Source of the DNA: Camelus dromedarius | Lineage: Eukaryota | DNA: 64,000 nucleotides | Direction: 5' to 3' | Assembly (NCBI RefSeq): GCF_036321535.1 | Contig: NC_087436.1 | Coordinates: 70,372,001 to 70,436,000 of the forward strand | Shown here: positions 36,411 through 50,199 of the stretch, one piece after another | Layout of the letters: each line of letters starts with the position of its first letter | Numbering within the stretch: the first letter of the stretch is position 1 | Notes under the pieces: generated by a model | Told to the model about the DNA's origin: nothing | Seen by the model: the letters and a program-made list of their open reading frames with translations, nothing else | Database searches by the model: none | Made by a program: the position numbers and the translations under genes

Positions 36411-38204
36411 TTGCATAGATACCGTGTGGGGAACTCAGCTAAAGAGAATTAAAGATCAGCAAAGCTCTCAAGCCAGGGTTCAATGTTTGGAGAATAATAG
36501 GATTGTGAGTAAGGAAGAAGGCAGTACCTTTTGCTTAGGTAGCTACTTTTTTATCTTACCTATCTTTTAATCAAAAGGTTTAAACCAAGATAACACTAAT
36601 TGATAATTTATTAAGTCCAAAGCAAGGGAGCAGGAAATATAAAGTTACATAACACACGGTCCCATGTACTTATATAAGGGGTGTGTGTGTGTGTGTAAGA
36701 GGGACAGGTCTTGTTCAAAAAGGAGTAGGGAAACTCCCACAAGCTACAGGCAGTCCTTGCTTTGTAGTCAGAACTCATGCACAGAAATGCCATCAGATAC
36801 TATGTGGTTAGAGATTAGCCCTAGGACGGAACTTCCCAGTGACTTTGCCAGTTATACGTGTGCCTCATGAGCAGCCTCCTCCTTTGGCTAAAAACAAAAT
36901 AAACATATTAAGAGGAAAACTAAACACTGTGCATAAAAAAGAGTGGGAAGCATTTAAGCATAAAATAGAGAATGAAGAGACATGATTTGGAATCTGCTGA
37001 GGTTACTTTTCTGGGAACTTTGTGGGGCCATTTCTGGGCCTCTATGACATTCAAACTTAACCATGTTTCCTGCTGTCCCTCTGTTTTAGGAGAAAATAGT
37101 GCTTCAGTGATGTTACCAATGTCAGGTATCCACCCATGATATTTATAGCAGAGGTTGCATCCTGTTACAGGGAATTCAGCAACCTGAGTCTCGACTTCTT
37201 TGCAAGACCTCCCCATGTCCTCCTTGGAGATAATATCCAGCAGTTGGAATTACAGTAGAGTGAACTCAGCTCTCTGCGGTCATTCCAAAGGAGTGACCAA
37301 CTTTTTTTTTTTTTTTGAGAGAGAGAGTTACATTGGGGAGTTGGGAATTTTGTGGGTTTTATTTTAACAAGAAGCCTTTCTTTTCCTCTCCTTTCCAATT
37401 TCTTTGTCTTTATTCTCCTTACTTCTCCTGTGTGTTCTTTCTCTCCTTCCTTTGCTTTTTTGTCCTCTTTTTGTCCTCCTCACCTCTGTCTGTTATCTCC
37501 CCAACTTTCCCCCGAGTTGGCGGTTGGTGACAATCAATGAGTAATAAGCAGCTGGAGAGATGGATTCCAAAGTCAACTGTGAGAAACCCAGCCACACACC
37601 ACAGTGATGCTTTTCCTTCCTCTCTCCTCGCGCTTCTCCCCTGCATGAACCAAGGACTTGGGTTTTTCTGCCAGTGCTCTGTGATGAAGTGGAGCAGGAG
37701 AAGAGGAAATAGGAAACAAATGGGGCTTGACTTAATCACACCAGGAGCTCATTTGTCAGAATACCAAGTTAACTTATAGCATCCTGACACAGAACATCAT
37801 ATTTCGGGACACGGAATTAAATCGAGTAGGATTTCATGGTTTTTCAGGTAAGGTCTTTCTGGGGAGGGAGGGGCCTGAAAAAGCATTGCAGTCATCTGTC
37901 TGCATTGTAGCCAGAAAAAAAAAAAAAAAAAAAGAGCTGTTTTCCACAGTTCTAAGGCAGGGTTTGTTTTGGCTGGATTCCGTGTGCCTGGTAAAGCACT
38001 GGTCTGGCCTGGTTGTGCTGAGGGAGGATTGAGAGCTTCCAACATGCAGTGACTCTGGAGGGAATGAGGCTGGTCTCAGGAGAGCCCTGGGCCTGACCAA
38101 TGTGAGCTTCTGTTCTTTCTTCCATGTTCCTCCTTACTTTGAGCAGTTCAGGTAAGTGACTAGATGCAAAAGCTTATTTCAGAATGCTGGGAGGAGGCTC
38201 GTGG

Positions 38205-38440
38205 AATCACAGAAGCTTAGGACTGGAAAGGACTTTAGAGGTCCTCACCCTCACTGCTGCCTGCTGCTCCTTCCTTCCTCTCTGCTTCCGCCCTCTATCT
38301 GAACAGTGACAGGGAACTTCCCAGGTTTGTAATTTCATTGACAGCTCTTCTTCCTATTGAGTCAGCATCTCTCTTCTGCGTAAAGTTTTCCCACTGGCCC
38401 TTCTTGTTGCTCTTCTGGGACCCTGTGAAACAAGTCTTGA
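38205..38440 (-). mobile_element. L3/CR1 3' end fragment
   Basis: 'atcacagaagcttaggactggaaaggactttagaggtc..gtgacagggaact..gacagctct..cccactggccct..aacaagtct'. Confidence 0.65.
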
Positions 38441-40341
38441 TCAGTCTAAAAGGAAATGGAGTCTCCAGACCCTCTTAAGGAATGAAACTCCTAAGGTCCT
38501 CAGTTGAAATAGCCTCAACCCCTGAAGCTGGGATTGAAGGAAGTGATTGAAACTAGAGGTACCATAAGCTCCGTGAGCTAAACCAGAATGGCAAAATTCT
38601 CCTTGTTGACTTTTCTCATTATTTATTCTTTAGACAATGGCACAGGGGCACTCTACTCATATTATTATTAGTTTAAAACTAAAGGCCTAAAAATGAATTC
38701 AACACTAAGCAAAAAATTACATGCAGGTTCTCTCTCTCAAATAATAGTCCTTTTCTGGGCTCTCTTCTGATATGACTTAGGGGGATTGGTTTAAATAGGA
38801 CATAGAAATAAGACATAGCTTTTCTTTTGCAGGGAACAGGAAGTCCTAAGTTTTGTGTGTTAAAAGCAGGGAGTGTGAAAGCGTTAAATTCCTTCAGCTG
38901 CTGGATCTCACTAGCGAGGAGACCTCTAAACTTCTTTCAGGTGTGAATTTGAAATTCTGTAACTACCCCTAGGCATGGAGGTACTTTCTGTTCTGTTTGT
39001 CATCATTTATCTGTTCAACAAATGTTTATTAAGCACCAGTCACATGTCAGGTACTGTGCTCCAAATGGATGGGGTGGGTGAGGAACAATTTCTCATTTTA
39101 CCTTCTGAAGCTTAGCTTGGAACTCATTTTGTGAATTCTGCTGATAGATTTGGATGAGATTTTCTCCTCACTAATGGCTTTTCTCTTCCCATCACTACAA
39201 AAATGCAGTGGGGCCAGAGATTTACTGGCTTACTTTCAAAGACAGCATTTTTTTTTGATTTATCAAATGTAGCCCCTAAATCCAATCAGCCATCTGGCTT
39301 AATCTAATTGTTTGTAAATTTAAGTGTGAAATCATATATTTATTTTACCTGCTTATAAAGACTTATCTATATAGTATGTGTTCATAAGACCAATTTTATG
39401 CTTCAGTACCCCTTAAATTTTATGCCTGAAAGAGAAGATACATTGTTAATCTTGAGTATTGTTACAAAAATAAATGTTGAGCCCTGACAATCCTAGGAGT
39501 GTCCAAGCAGTGAGTTTCTGTACACAGTGATGTTGCCCAGGGAAACAAAGAGTATCTGAAACAGAGAAGCCAAACTTGGGTTTGGCTGGGGGTGGAGGCG
39601 GGGAGGTAGCCACTAGGTTCTGGGGAGAACCAAGAGCCATACGTTAAGAAGTGGCTGGGAAAACGGTTGCCCTTCTCATAAATGGAGATGGTCTGCAAGT
39701 TGCCTTCCTCTGGGAACCAAGGTTTGGGTTCAGCCAGAAATAGTGGTGTGTAAACACCCTGATTCCCTCATGTGCAGGCAGAGAACTGAGCCAGTAAATA
39801 CATAGAACTTTTTTTAGTCCACAAAAAACAAATGAGAACTCAGTTAAGTATGTTACCTAAATGGAAAGGTAAATGCAATTTGCAAAATGCTACAAAGGGC
39901 CTGCCATTCAGCAGGACTAGCAGAAAAGATGATTTAAAAACTGAAATCCTTTGCCTTATTCCATCAACTACTTCTCACCAGCAACTCTTTAAATAAGTGC
40001 GCAGAAATGGGAAGAGGGGAAGGGCAGATCGGGGTGCTCTGGGGAACATGACCTGAATCCCCCCTTTGGCAGCTTGCTTTCTTGTGTAGGTTGCTAAGTG
40101 CTCTGGGACCACACTCTCTCTGGCTTCAGTTGACCATGCCTTTCCCATCAATTCTTTTCATTTTCTTCTTGTGTTTTTCTTCCATCTTCTCTTAAGTCTA
40201 AAGGAATGTGGAGATGATGATAGAAGAGTTATGGTGTGATTCAGGTGTGTTGGAGAAATATTTTGTTGCTTGAAAGCCCATGTCTCATATTGTTCTCATG
40301 TGATTTTATTTCATTGCTGGTTGTGGGGAGATGAGGGCCTC

Positions 40342-40450
40342 CTAGCCTGTCCAGTACAGCAATCACCAGCCACATGCAGCCATCCATGTGGTGACCTAAC
40401 ACTTGAAATGTGGTGAGTGTGACTAAAAAACTGAAATTTTAATTTAATGA
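40342..40450. mobile_element. MER3-like hAT-Charlie fragment
   Basis: 'ctgtccagtacagcaatcaccagccacatg..acacttgaaatgtggtgagtgtgact..ctgaaattttaattt'. Confidence 0.65.
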
Positions 40451-40974
40451 TAACATTTTAGAGGAATGAAGACAGAAGACGTTTGTACACTAGAGGGTGC
40501 AGGAAAGAATTATCTCAGGAGCGCCTGGCCCTCCAGTGTACAATCGACAAAGAATCTGGGTAAGTTTGTTAACAGTTGGGGTTAATAGAACTGGAAAATC
40601 ATTAGGAAAATGTATATTGGACTTGGATAAAGGGAAAATAGAGAATAAAAAATATGGTAAGTACTAATACTCTCCAGTAAAGTAGAAATGCTAAAATACA
40701 TCAGTGACAAAACCAGGACAAAAATTAAATTGGTACATATTATAGATGAGGAAGAAACTAGGGGAAAAGCAAAGATATAACAAGTAAAGGAAGAATAATT
40801 GTAAATAATCAATGATTTATTATCTCCTTATATTTGTAAAGGAATGTGTGATGATCCATGCTGTGGAAAAGATTGATATGTAAATCTGCTTTTGTATCAT
40901 TTTTAAAATGAAAAGAATTATATATAATCTATGATTTATTTCATTCTTGTAAATTGCCAATGGCTGGAGTGTGG

Positions 40975-41212
40975 CCTAAATTTTTAAACTGTGAGTTGCA
41001 ACCCACTGGTAGGCCACAAAATCAATTTAGTGCGTTACAATGAGCAGTTGAGAATAAACTGGAATAGAAACTCTCAGAGTATATTTCATAAGGTAAGAGT
41101 AATTACTGTTTTGTGACTTTTGCATTATTATTATCATTAATTATTATTATTATTCTGTGTGTGTGTATGTGTGTATGGTGGGTCTGTGGTTGAAAAAGTT
41201 TGAAAGCCACCA
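40975..41212. mobile_element. hAT-Charlie non-autonomous element
   Basis: 'tttttaaactgtgagttgcaacccactggtaggccacaaaatcaatttagtg' to 'aaaaagtttgaaagccac'. Confidence 0.65.
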
Positions 41213-44200
41213 ACTGATATGACTTCTAATAAATTCTTCCAATTCTGGTGTATAAGAACTCGGTATGTTAAACAAATTGAGTTCTGTAGATGGAAATCAT
41301 CTTGTAGGATTTTGCGTAGCTCTTCCATCTGGAAATAGCACTAGTTTCTGTTGAATGGGATTTGACTTAAGGTATCTCTTCACTTTGGTCTGCAAAAAAA
41401 GAGCATTTAATTATTAAAGACTCAAATAAAGAATAAACACTATTGGTCTCACCTTTAAGGCAGTCCAAAAATATGGAGCTGGTAGGTATAATTAAAGGAA
41501 GCTCCATCCTATGAAAATATTTATTCTAGATTTCTGCTGTATTTCTCTGTATGGGTTTACCAGAATCATCTATTTAATTGGAGGTGTTCAAAGTGCATGA
41601 ATTAGAATAAGCGTGTGATCTTTTTAAAGTATGTTTGGTATTACAGATATTGGAAACGTTTATTTGCATTTCTTAGTTATATATATGCACAAACTTTGCA
41701 CATCATAGTTCTTTATAGAGCAGTCAGTGCAGAATTTACAAGAATACCCATGATCTCTGCTGGCTTTTCACACACTACTTTAATAAAAAGGAACTCAGTC
41801 CATCCTCCCTTATTACGCTTCTGTGTTACTATCCATAGAAGCCCAGTTTTGGACTTGTGGGAATGATGATGCACTGTGTAAACAGGCCAGTTCTGTGGCT
41901 TATAATTCCACCAAATGCTGCCAAGGAAGCTGTGGCGGTGGGAAGAGAGCTGGGTTTCCTAATAGCCTGTGCTGCTCATGCGTCGGTCAGAGGTTCTTGC
42001 CACCTAACCACAGCTGGGTGAGAAGAAATTTTTTTTTTGAGATGATTTTATTACTATGATGTATTTTCCCTCTGTGCAGTTATGTGCACGCCCCATGCGT
42101 ACGTGACACGTTTTGGTGTGTCTTCATGGTCGTTGACCATACCATGCTCAGAAATTTGGTACATGAAAATTATAGGACTTTCACCACAACTGACTCTGAT
42201 GTGACCAAACATATTGGTGTAAAGACAGTAAAATTATACCTTGAGAGAAGCTGGCGTATGTCCAAATCAGCGCATGTATCATGATTCTGTTGGCCGCTGA
42301 TATAAAAATACCTTATCAAAAGAGAAACAGAGGCCCTGAGACAACATGAGGCTTATTTTATAGGAGAGCCGTCTTTGCCACCTTTCCTACTCTAACATTC
42401 CCCCCTGGGTTTCCTGCATTTCATCAGCAGTAGTTTTTGGCCTCATTTTAGCAATGCTGAGGCAATGTTTCCTTTTTTCTCCAGACCCTTAAGAACTTTA
42501 ATTAGTAGTACTTATTCAGCTCATGCTTAGCAGTTTTATTTTTGCAAAGTGATTTATAATCATTTTTATTAATTATTCTGAATTGAGATTTATAATGGAA
42601 TGGTCATAATGAAAATGCTTCATGTTTGAGAAAGGAGACTATTCCTCTCCAGCGTTTGTCTAAACAGCGTAATTATGGCAGCGTTACTCACAGATTGTTA
42701 ATTATTTATTCCTAATCTGTAGATGTAAATACACCTCTACAACAAGCAATTATGGAAGGTCTGCTAACGTGAATTGTGACTTTCACCGTAAGATATCTGA
42801 CATCTGTGAGAATTCTTGAAGCAAAGTGGAGTATGTGTCTATGGCTAAAACACTATTAAAGGAAAAGGAGTTGGACTCATGATATAAATTATTAGACACT
42901 AATGACAACCAAATTTAGTAGTGTGTATAATGCTGCCATGCCATTAGAAGTCAAGAACATCAGAATAATATAACTTTTATTTATATAATAGTGATACATA
43001 TTAATAGAATGGTACTAGTGTGTCTGTAACTGGATCAAACTGGTAATTGGAAAATAACCTTTTAATATGATACGAGTCAAGATTGTCACTAGAATGTTTA
43101 TTTTTGAATGGAATTTCTGGATTTTGCATACCAAAAAGATAAAAAATTAGCATAAGCAATATTTTAATAACTTTGCTCTTACTACTTTTGCATAAATTAC
43201 AGAATGCAATGTATAAATTCAAAGCTCTGAAATTAAGCAATTTGAAATGAAATGTTCTAATTACATTAACTCAGTACATAATTTTCAACCAATTTTTCAT
43301 TATTCAAAGACCTCCTAATCTTTGGAATGTGTGTACCTCAGTTTGTCTTTTGCGCCTGCCCTTTGGCTATTACTCCACACGTGTAAGATCTGTGGTGAGA
43401 GAAGGCCTCCAGAAGGGGGAGTGGTGAAGCAGTGACCACCTTTCTTGCTTGCTGGTGCCTTTGACAAGGAGGAATGGTGGAAAGAGGAAAATAGGACCAA
43501 CTAAGAAATCTTAAATGCCAGGGAAACTGGCACCCTCTGATTTAAAGGCATTTTTTTCAGGATTTAAATGCAATTTTCAGACTATGGAATGATGAAAAAT
43601 GCATTTCATGAAAAGTTTTCTTTCCCCGGTTACCATGGTGTTTATAGGAGAAAGAAACTATAAACAACAACCCAGGTTTCTGGGAAAAGACCCAATTAAA
43701 AAATTGGAATGTCAGGCAAACACATCCTTGACTCAATGTGTCTCTTTTTTTTAGGAAGGAGTAATATAAACATGTAGCCACACGGCATCTGCATAGATAT
43801 TAAATATGATAAAAAGATTTGCAAATGTACAACTGTGACCTGAATGAAAGGGCATGTCTAAACATAATGAATCCAGTTTTCTGCTTACACTGGCAAAGAA
43901 ACCAACTACTGTGCCTAAAAAAACAGTTTAGTTTTATTAGCTAAATAAACAGACTAATCAACACCTCTGATCCCTTGCTCCCACTTACCCAAAGCTTTTT
44001 GAAAAGCTGGGATGTTTCTCAAAGGCAAACTACAGATTTTATATGCTGAATTGAGGCTTTAAATACACCAAAATTCAAGTGGTGGTTTCCATGGTGACCT
44101 CCCAGCCACTTACTTGGAATGGCAAAGCACCTCCCCTCCAAACAGCAAATCCCTAAGTCCCTTTAGCTCTGTGGCAATGTGTTGAAAACAGAACGGCTGG

Positions 44201-44824
44201 CTTGGAGAAGGGTATCTGCTGTTGGCAGGCTCTTCTTACGTCAGCATAGATTCCAATTCCTCCTTAGACCTGATTCCTGTCATTCTGCTGGAACTCCATC
44301 CCTTTTTGCCACCCATGGTGTTGTGGATCAGGGCAGAGGGAGAGTATGAGTAAAGTGTGGGCGGGCCAGCCAGAGGTGAGTTAAAGTGTGTGTGCTGCTC
44401 AGATTGCAAGAACCCAGGGAAGAATTTGATGTGAATTGGAGAACAGAGTCCTGAAGTAACATGTTCCATTATTTTCACCTGGGAGATCTTAGAAGTCCAG
44501 TGTGAAACACCTGGGTGAATTTCATAGTACCTCACATTTAGTTTATTAAAAACATATATCTAGTCAAAAAATCAAAAAATAAAAACAAAGAGATGTAACT
44601 TTAATTACAGAAGAAAAATATTAGATACGAAATACGTGTGTGTATACTTATGTGTGTGTATAGTTATACATCTATTTCTATATAATGAAAATATATATAC
44701 GACTCTCCTGTACTGCTAAATGATGATCGACGCAAGCTCATCTAAAAACCTAGGTAGTGTTCAATACATTTGGTTTGAATTTTCTATAGTATTAGGGTTC
44801 AAAATTTGAAGTCTATCGTAAGAG

Positions 44825-45058
44825 TGGCTAACATTTATTGACTGCTTCCTGTGTACTGGAATTTCTGAACACTTCACATCTATTTAATGCATGTAATTTT
44901 CACAACTTGATCAAGTAGATAGTTTTTTCTAGTGTGGAAACTGAGCCTGAGAGCAGTTACGTAACACTGACCAAGGTCAAGCTGGTAGTAAATGGTTGTG
45001 TCAGGATTTAAACCCATGTAATTTGATTCTAGAGTTGAGTCTTAACCACGATCCAATA
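44825..45058 (-). mobile_element. MIR SINE
   Basis: 'gctaacatttattga..ggaaactgagcctgagagcagttacgtaac..ccaaggtca..caggatttaaaccca..tcttaaccac'. Confidence 0.85.
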
Positions 45059-46374
45059 CTTCCCTATCTTTGATGATCTCTATTTGAAAGAAATTAAACA
45101 CATTCCCTACTGTTTTACATTATACATATATCCAGGTAAGTGTTAACTTTAGATTGATATTTTTTCCAAGAACACAGGGACAGCTATTATAAACATCAAA
45201 TTTCACTCAATGCCATTTTTTGAGCGCCCTTTGATAAAATTGTAATTCCTCTGTTACATATTGAGCTTTTCTCACGTGGAACTCCATTTTATTCTATAGC
45301 AATTTAATGGAAAGCAAAGCAACGTTCACCTTATATATTCAGAAACCAGCTTAAATAATGAGGACGGGGAATGTAATATCATAAGAATCATAAGATGGAA
45401 GATGGCATAGATGAAGGATGAAGTAAAAGTTAGGAGTTGAGAAAAAAGTAGGGATCTATTAAAAAAAGAAAAAACCAACAACTTTGTTCTAAAGAAGTAC
45501 TTAAATGAAAACAATTTGGCAAAAATAACTACAAACTAGCAGCACAGTGTTTGTGGCTGGGAATATATCCTTTCACCACAATTGAGGAGTCAAAACAACA
45601 ACAACAACAAAACATTCCTGATAATTAAAAAAAGGGGGGGGGCGGGCTTTGCACTATTTTATCCTTACTGTCAGACATTGCTTTCATATACTGGCTAGAT
45701 ATTAAAAGTGAGGCTTTGATGAACTCTGAAGGAAGATCTATATTTCATAGAAGTAGTACCTTCAATAGTAAATATTTACCCTACAAGTAAATACAGAAAT
45801 CTTAGGACTGTGTAAAATTGCAAAGAAAACATATTTCCACAGGATTGATTAGGGCTATATGCCTGAGGGGTACTGTGTCTATCAAAAGGCAGAAGAAGAG
45901 ACCTCAGTGTTTCCAATTCGACTTTCTTTCCCTTATGAAGATGAAAACATGAGTGAGCCATGAGATTCTGTTAGAAACATCACCCTGAGCTCTTCTCCAT
46001 GAAGCAACGAAATCTCTCAATGTGCATTAAATAAACAACTTGTGAGATTTCCCTGAGGGCAAGTACAATGTTGTAGGGTGAGAAAAGATATCATGTGGCA
46101 ATATGATTATTGCGTTAACTTACTCTACAAGAACATTATTGCCCCATCCGAGCACCATCTTCCATATCCCATTGTTGAGTTTTACTGGGGGAATGATGTC
46201 AGTGGCAGGGAATGTGGAGATAGGAAAGTTGTCTTCAGTTGCCATCCCATTAGATGCAGAGATGATAGCTCTCCAGACTTCCGTAGGGCAGATCTCCATC
46301 CGTCCTCTCTCAGTGATGACTGTTGTCTAACCCTATTTGTAATTAATAAATTGGGTACTATAACAAATTTATAA

Positions 46375-46522
46375 ATTATATGTTTGTTTAATATCTATCT
46401 TCCACAGGAACTCTACAGTAAGCTCCGTGAGGACAAGGACTATATCACATCTTGTTGTCTATTGTTTATTCACACTACTCAGCAAGTTTTTGCACCTAGA
46501 CTCAAGAAATTGTTGAATGAAC
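46375..46522 (+). mobile_element. L2 3' end
   Basis: 'gtaagctccgtgaggacaaggactatatc..ctcaagaaattgttgaatga'. Confidence 0.7.
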
Positions 46523-48516
46523 AAAAAACAAAATTCAGAGTAAAAAGCAAAACAGAGTAGGAGCATGGCAGATGATAAAAGACATTTATAGACTCTAGGT
46601 CTAACATTGTGTTCAGATAACTTTATTTAGACTCTTGAAGACATGAAGGAAAGACACCATGTTCCAATGAGAGAATAATGTCTACCCTTATGGATTATTT
46701 ACTTCTGTCGTGAGTTTAAGAAAGGTCTAACAACATAGAAATGGATCTGTTTCTCTTCTCTAATTCTAACCATACTCCCACTCCAATCTGTACTTGGGTG
46801 TAGGAGTACAGTGAGGCTTGTAGTTCTGTAGGAAATAAGAGGATGAATTTAATAATGAAGAATATTCTAGTGCTTGTCTCCACACCAAGCAGTGGCCTTA
46901 AATCAATCAGCATCATTTTGAAGAGATAATATTCTTGCTCACCCAACTGAAGATAGAATATAGATTGAGACATTCAATATGTTTGATGGACCAACAGGGT
47001 TATTTTACATTATTTTGGCACTATAATTGTCTTTTCTTTGCAAGGTTGCCAAATTATTAGTAATACCCCTACCTTTACCACCAGCACTGACAGCCCACCA
47101 TCACCCTAGTGATACAGGTTACCCAGAGAATAAATGGTAGAACAAAGCTTCAAACCCACATTGGTCTGACTCCAAAGCTCAAGCTCTTTCTGTATCACTC
47201 TTAGATTACAAAGCATAATCTTCACAGGCAGGTCCTCCTATCAGGACTAGGACAGTCCTGTCCTGATTACATCCCATTTAACATCACTACTCTCAGGTGA
47301 GTGCATGATTGTTAATCAGATAATTCCAAAGTTTCAGTGGTCTCAGTTCAAGGCTAAGCAGCAAACACCTGGAGTTCAGCCCCTGCTGACCTTGCCTGTA
47401 TCACTTGTCTTTATCTTTTAAATAGAGGCATAGTTCCTGAGAGTAGATGTGACTCATTAATGAATGCAGAGCACAGGGGAAAGTAGATTAGTGGATTAGC
47501 TAAAGAAAGAACTAAAGATTATTACTTTATCATACACTATGAAAGGAGTGTTTTACCATGGTGCTTGATTTTGGATCAAAATTTGGAAAGACAGTGGAAA
47601 GAAAAATAGTTATTTAAGCCTACCACATATGGTCAAAATTTCTTTATGTAAGATTAGGAAGACAAGACACTCAAGCATTCATCACACATTTTTGCTCCTG
47701 ATTTTGTTGTATACTGCTTTTGGTAACATTCTTTTTCAACTAAAACAATGTTCTTAAAATTGTTCTGTGGTTCTTTATCAGTAATGATCCAACCTTTGGC
47801 AAAGACGAGGGAATCAGGAAGCTAGAAATCAGAATCATATAGGTAGAAGGGAGATGACTTTTTAGAAAGTGCTCAGTGACACAACCTGGGAAGAAAAAAA
47901 AATTAAGCCAGGTTGACTATGTCAAATGCATCATTTGGCCACAGAAGAATACATACTTTATAAAGTTAATCTTTTAATCTACCATTTCCTTCACTTTTAC
48001 TTAATACTGAGAATGGTTAGGGTGTGGGCTTTGTTTTTGTCATTCTAGTTTTACTAGGTTGTCTAATTTAAGTGAAATGGGAGTGTCCACTTTATTGTGT
48101 GTGATATTAGTGCCTCTGAGCAGTGTATCCCATGTCAATCGCCATCAGCCATCATTTTAAACTCAGATGCCTCTACACAAGGTAATAGAATGCTTTGCTA
48201 AATATTTTGAACTAGTATTTTCACACCTCCTTCCAACTCTAAAATACTAGATATGGTCTTTTGGTCTGTTTCTTTCTGCAGTGGTGTCCCAGGGTAGTTT
48301 TGTGGCATTCTAATCATTGATGTAATATGATAATTGACTTAGTCTGCTGCAACAGAGGAGGTTGGCTAAGTGAGGAGGCATGGTATACTCTGCAATAAAA
48401 CAAAATGAGAGGTGTAACGTGCTAAGAAGACATGTTTACTAAGGTAGATCTTTTCATAAAGAAACATGTTTACTTTCCAGTATATTTTATTAATGGAGTC
48501 TGCCTTTAGTTTCAAC

Positions 48517-48697
48517 CAGGGAGTGGCAAAATATGGCCCTCTGTGGCCAAATGTGGCCACACCCATTCATTTGCATATTGTCCACAGCTGCTTTCTCACA
48601 ACAGTGGCAGAATTGAGAGTAGTTGAAACAGAACTTGTGGCTGTCAAAGCCAAAAACACTACTCTCACTTTTTACAGAAAAAGTTTGGTGACCCCTG
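48517..48697. mobile_element. MER58A-like hAT-Charlie element
   Basis: TIRs 'cagggagtggcaaa' and 'tttggtgacccctg'; degenerate 8-bp TSD gtttcaac / gtttaaaa. Confidence 0.85.
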
Positions 48698-49939
48698 GTT
48701 TAAAACTAATTTCTTATCCTATTTCTTACTGGGCATACATTCATGAAATATAACAAGCCCCTAAATTCAAACTGTTTGGTAAACAAACAAACAAAAATTT
48801 GTTTTTAAGTTGTTACAGCACAACATTAAAAAAAAATGGCATGACCCCATAATTCCCAAAATAAAAATTACCATATGGCAGCTGGAACATTCTAAGACTC
48901 TGAATACTGAGTATGTCAGTTTATTTCTTGGGAAAGAAATGGAAAAAAATATGCAAGCACACATAGATTACTGTTTTTTTTTTTTTCTTTTTTAGGGGCT
49001 TTCAACATCGCAACACTTCCGAGCACCAGCACCAATATTAGTATTATCAATACGGCATAATAGTGAAGATAGGGAGCTGAGTCAAGAGCCTTGAGTTTAA
49101 TTTATTTTGCTGATAAAAAACTAAAAGTTTCATATTGATTATGGATCTATAAGAGTAATCAAAACTTACTGACTCATGGAGGAGTAAAAATACAGTCAAA
49201 GACCAGCCCTGTCAGAGCCAGTGGCTGAAATCACTGCTACCTCGGGTGATGTAATTTACTGTTGGTGCTGGCTAAAGTCACTCATATGAAAGAGTGATCA
49301 GTCACTAAATATTTATGATTGTTGAAGAGGCAAAACGATTGACTTTATCCACTCATAGGATGGCAGATACTAATTCCTGGCAAAATAATTTACTTTCAAA
49401 ATTTAGTACATTGTGTTAAGACAGTTTACAAATAAAGGTATTATTTTGAAAAAAAATCCTAATATCCAAGGCCAAATTCTCCTATTTCACACTTTTTGAA
49501 AGAAAGGTGAAGAGAAAAATACTGATTGTTAAGAAAAGAAAAACAAAAGACGATTGTCCTGAAAACAAAACAACTCTGTGTTCCAATTCCCTAACCACCT
49601 GTCATACAGTGACTGTACCCATCAGCAGTCTGTTCTCTCTGGAGCTCCACTCGTGTGAACTTGGAGGGATCCCTAGGAGAGCTGCTTATGGAATGTAAGG
49701 GGAATCACAAGATTTGAAACGTGGGTATGTGCATCAGGGCTTTAAAATGTGGTTTCATTTGACTCCAGCTTGTATCAAACTTGAATATGCTTTACAACCA
49801 AACTTAATTTTACTGAGAAGAATGAAGTGCCAAATTTATGTCTGAACTTCAGATTCCTTGTCTGCTCCATCGTCATCACTAATGTGGTTACTCAACCTCC
49901 ATTTGAGGAAGTAAAATGACAGTTTAAGAATCTTGTTTG

Positions 49940-50092
49940 TGGAGGGGTGGGTATAGCTCAGTGCTAGAGCATGTGCTTAGCACGCGCGAGATCCTGAGTT
50001 CAACCCCCGGGACCTCCATTAAAAAAATTAAAATAAATAAACATAATTACCTCCTCCCCACCAAACAAACAAACAAACAAAAATATAGAGAG
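49940..50092 (+). mobile_element. tRNA-Ala-derived Vic-1-type SINE, full length
   Basis: A box tagctcagtgc (49954), B box gagttcaaccc (49996), A-rich tail; TSD agaatcttgtttg (49927) / agaaccttgtttg (50093). Confidence 0.9.
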
Positions 50093-50199
50093 AGAACCTT
50101 GTTTGGGGATGGCATGCTTCTCCCAGTATGTAGTATTTTACTGGCAGCATATCGGTAAGATTATAGCTTAAATGTATTTATTACTCGAATGTTTAATGC

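Noticed and set aside
49945..50020. tRNA-Ala(AGC) gene
   Set aside because: It is followed by a SINE body, A-rich tail and TSD, and has mismatches in the A box and stems; it is a SINE head.
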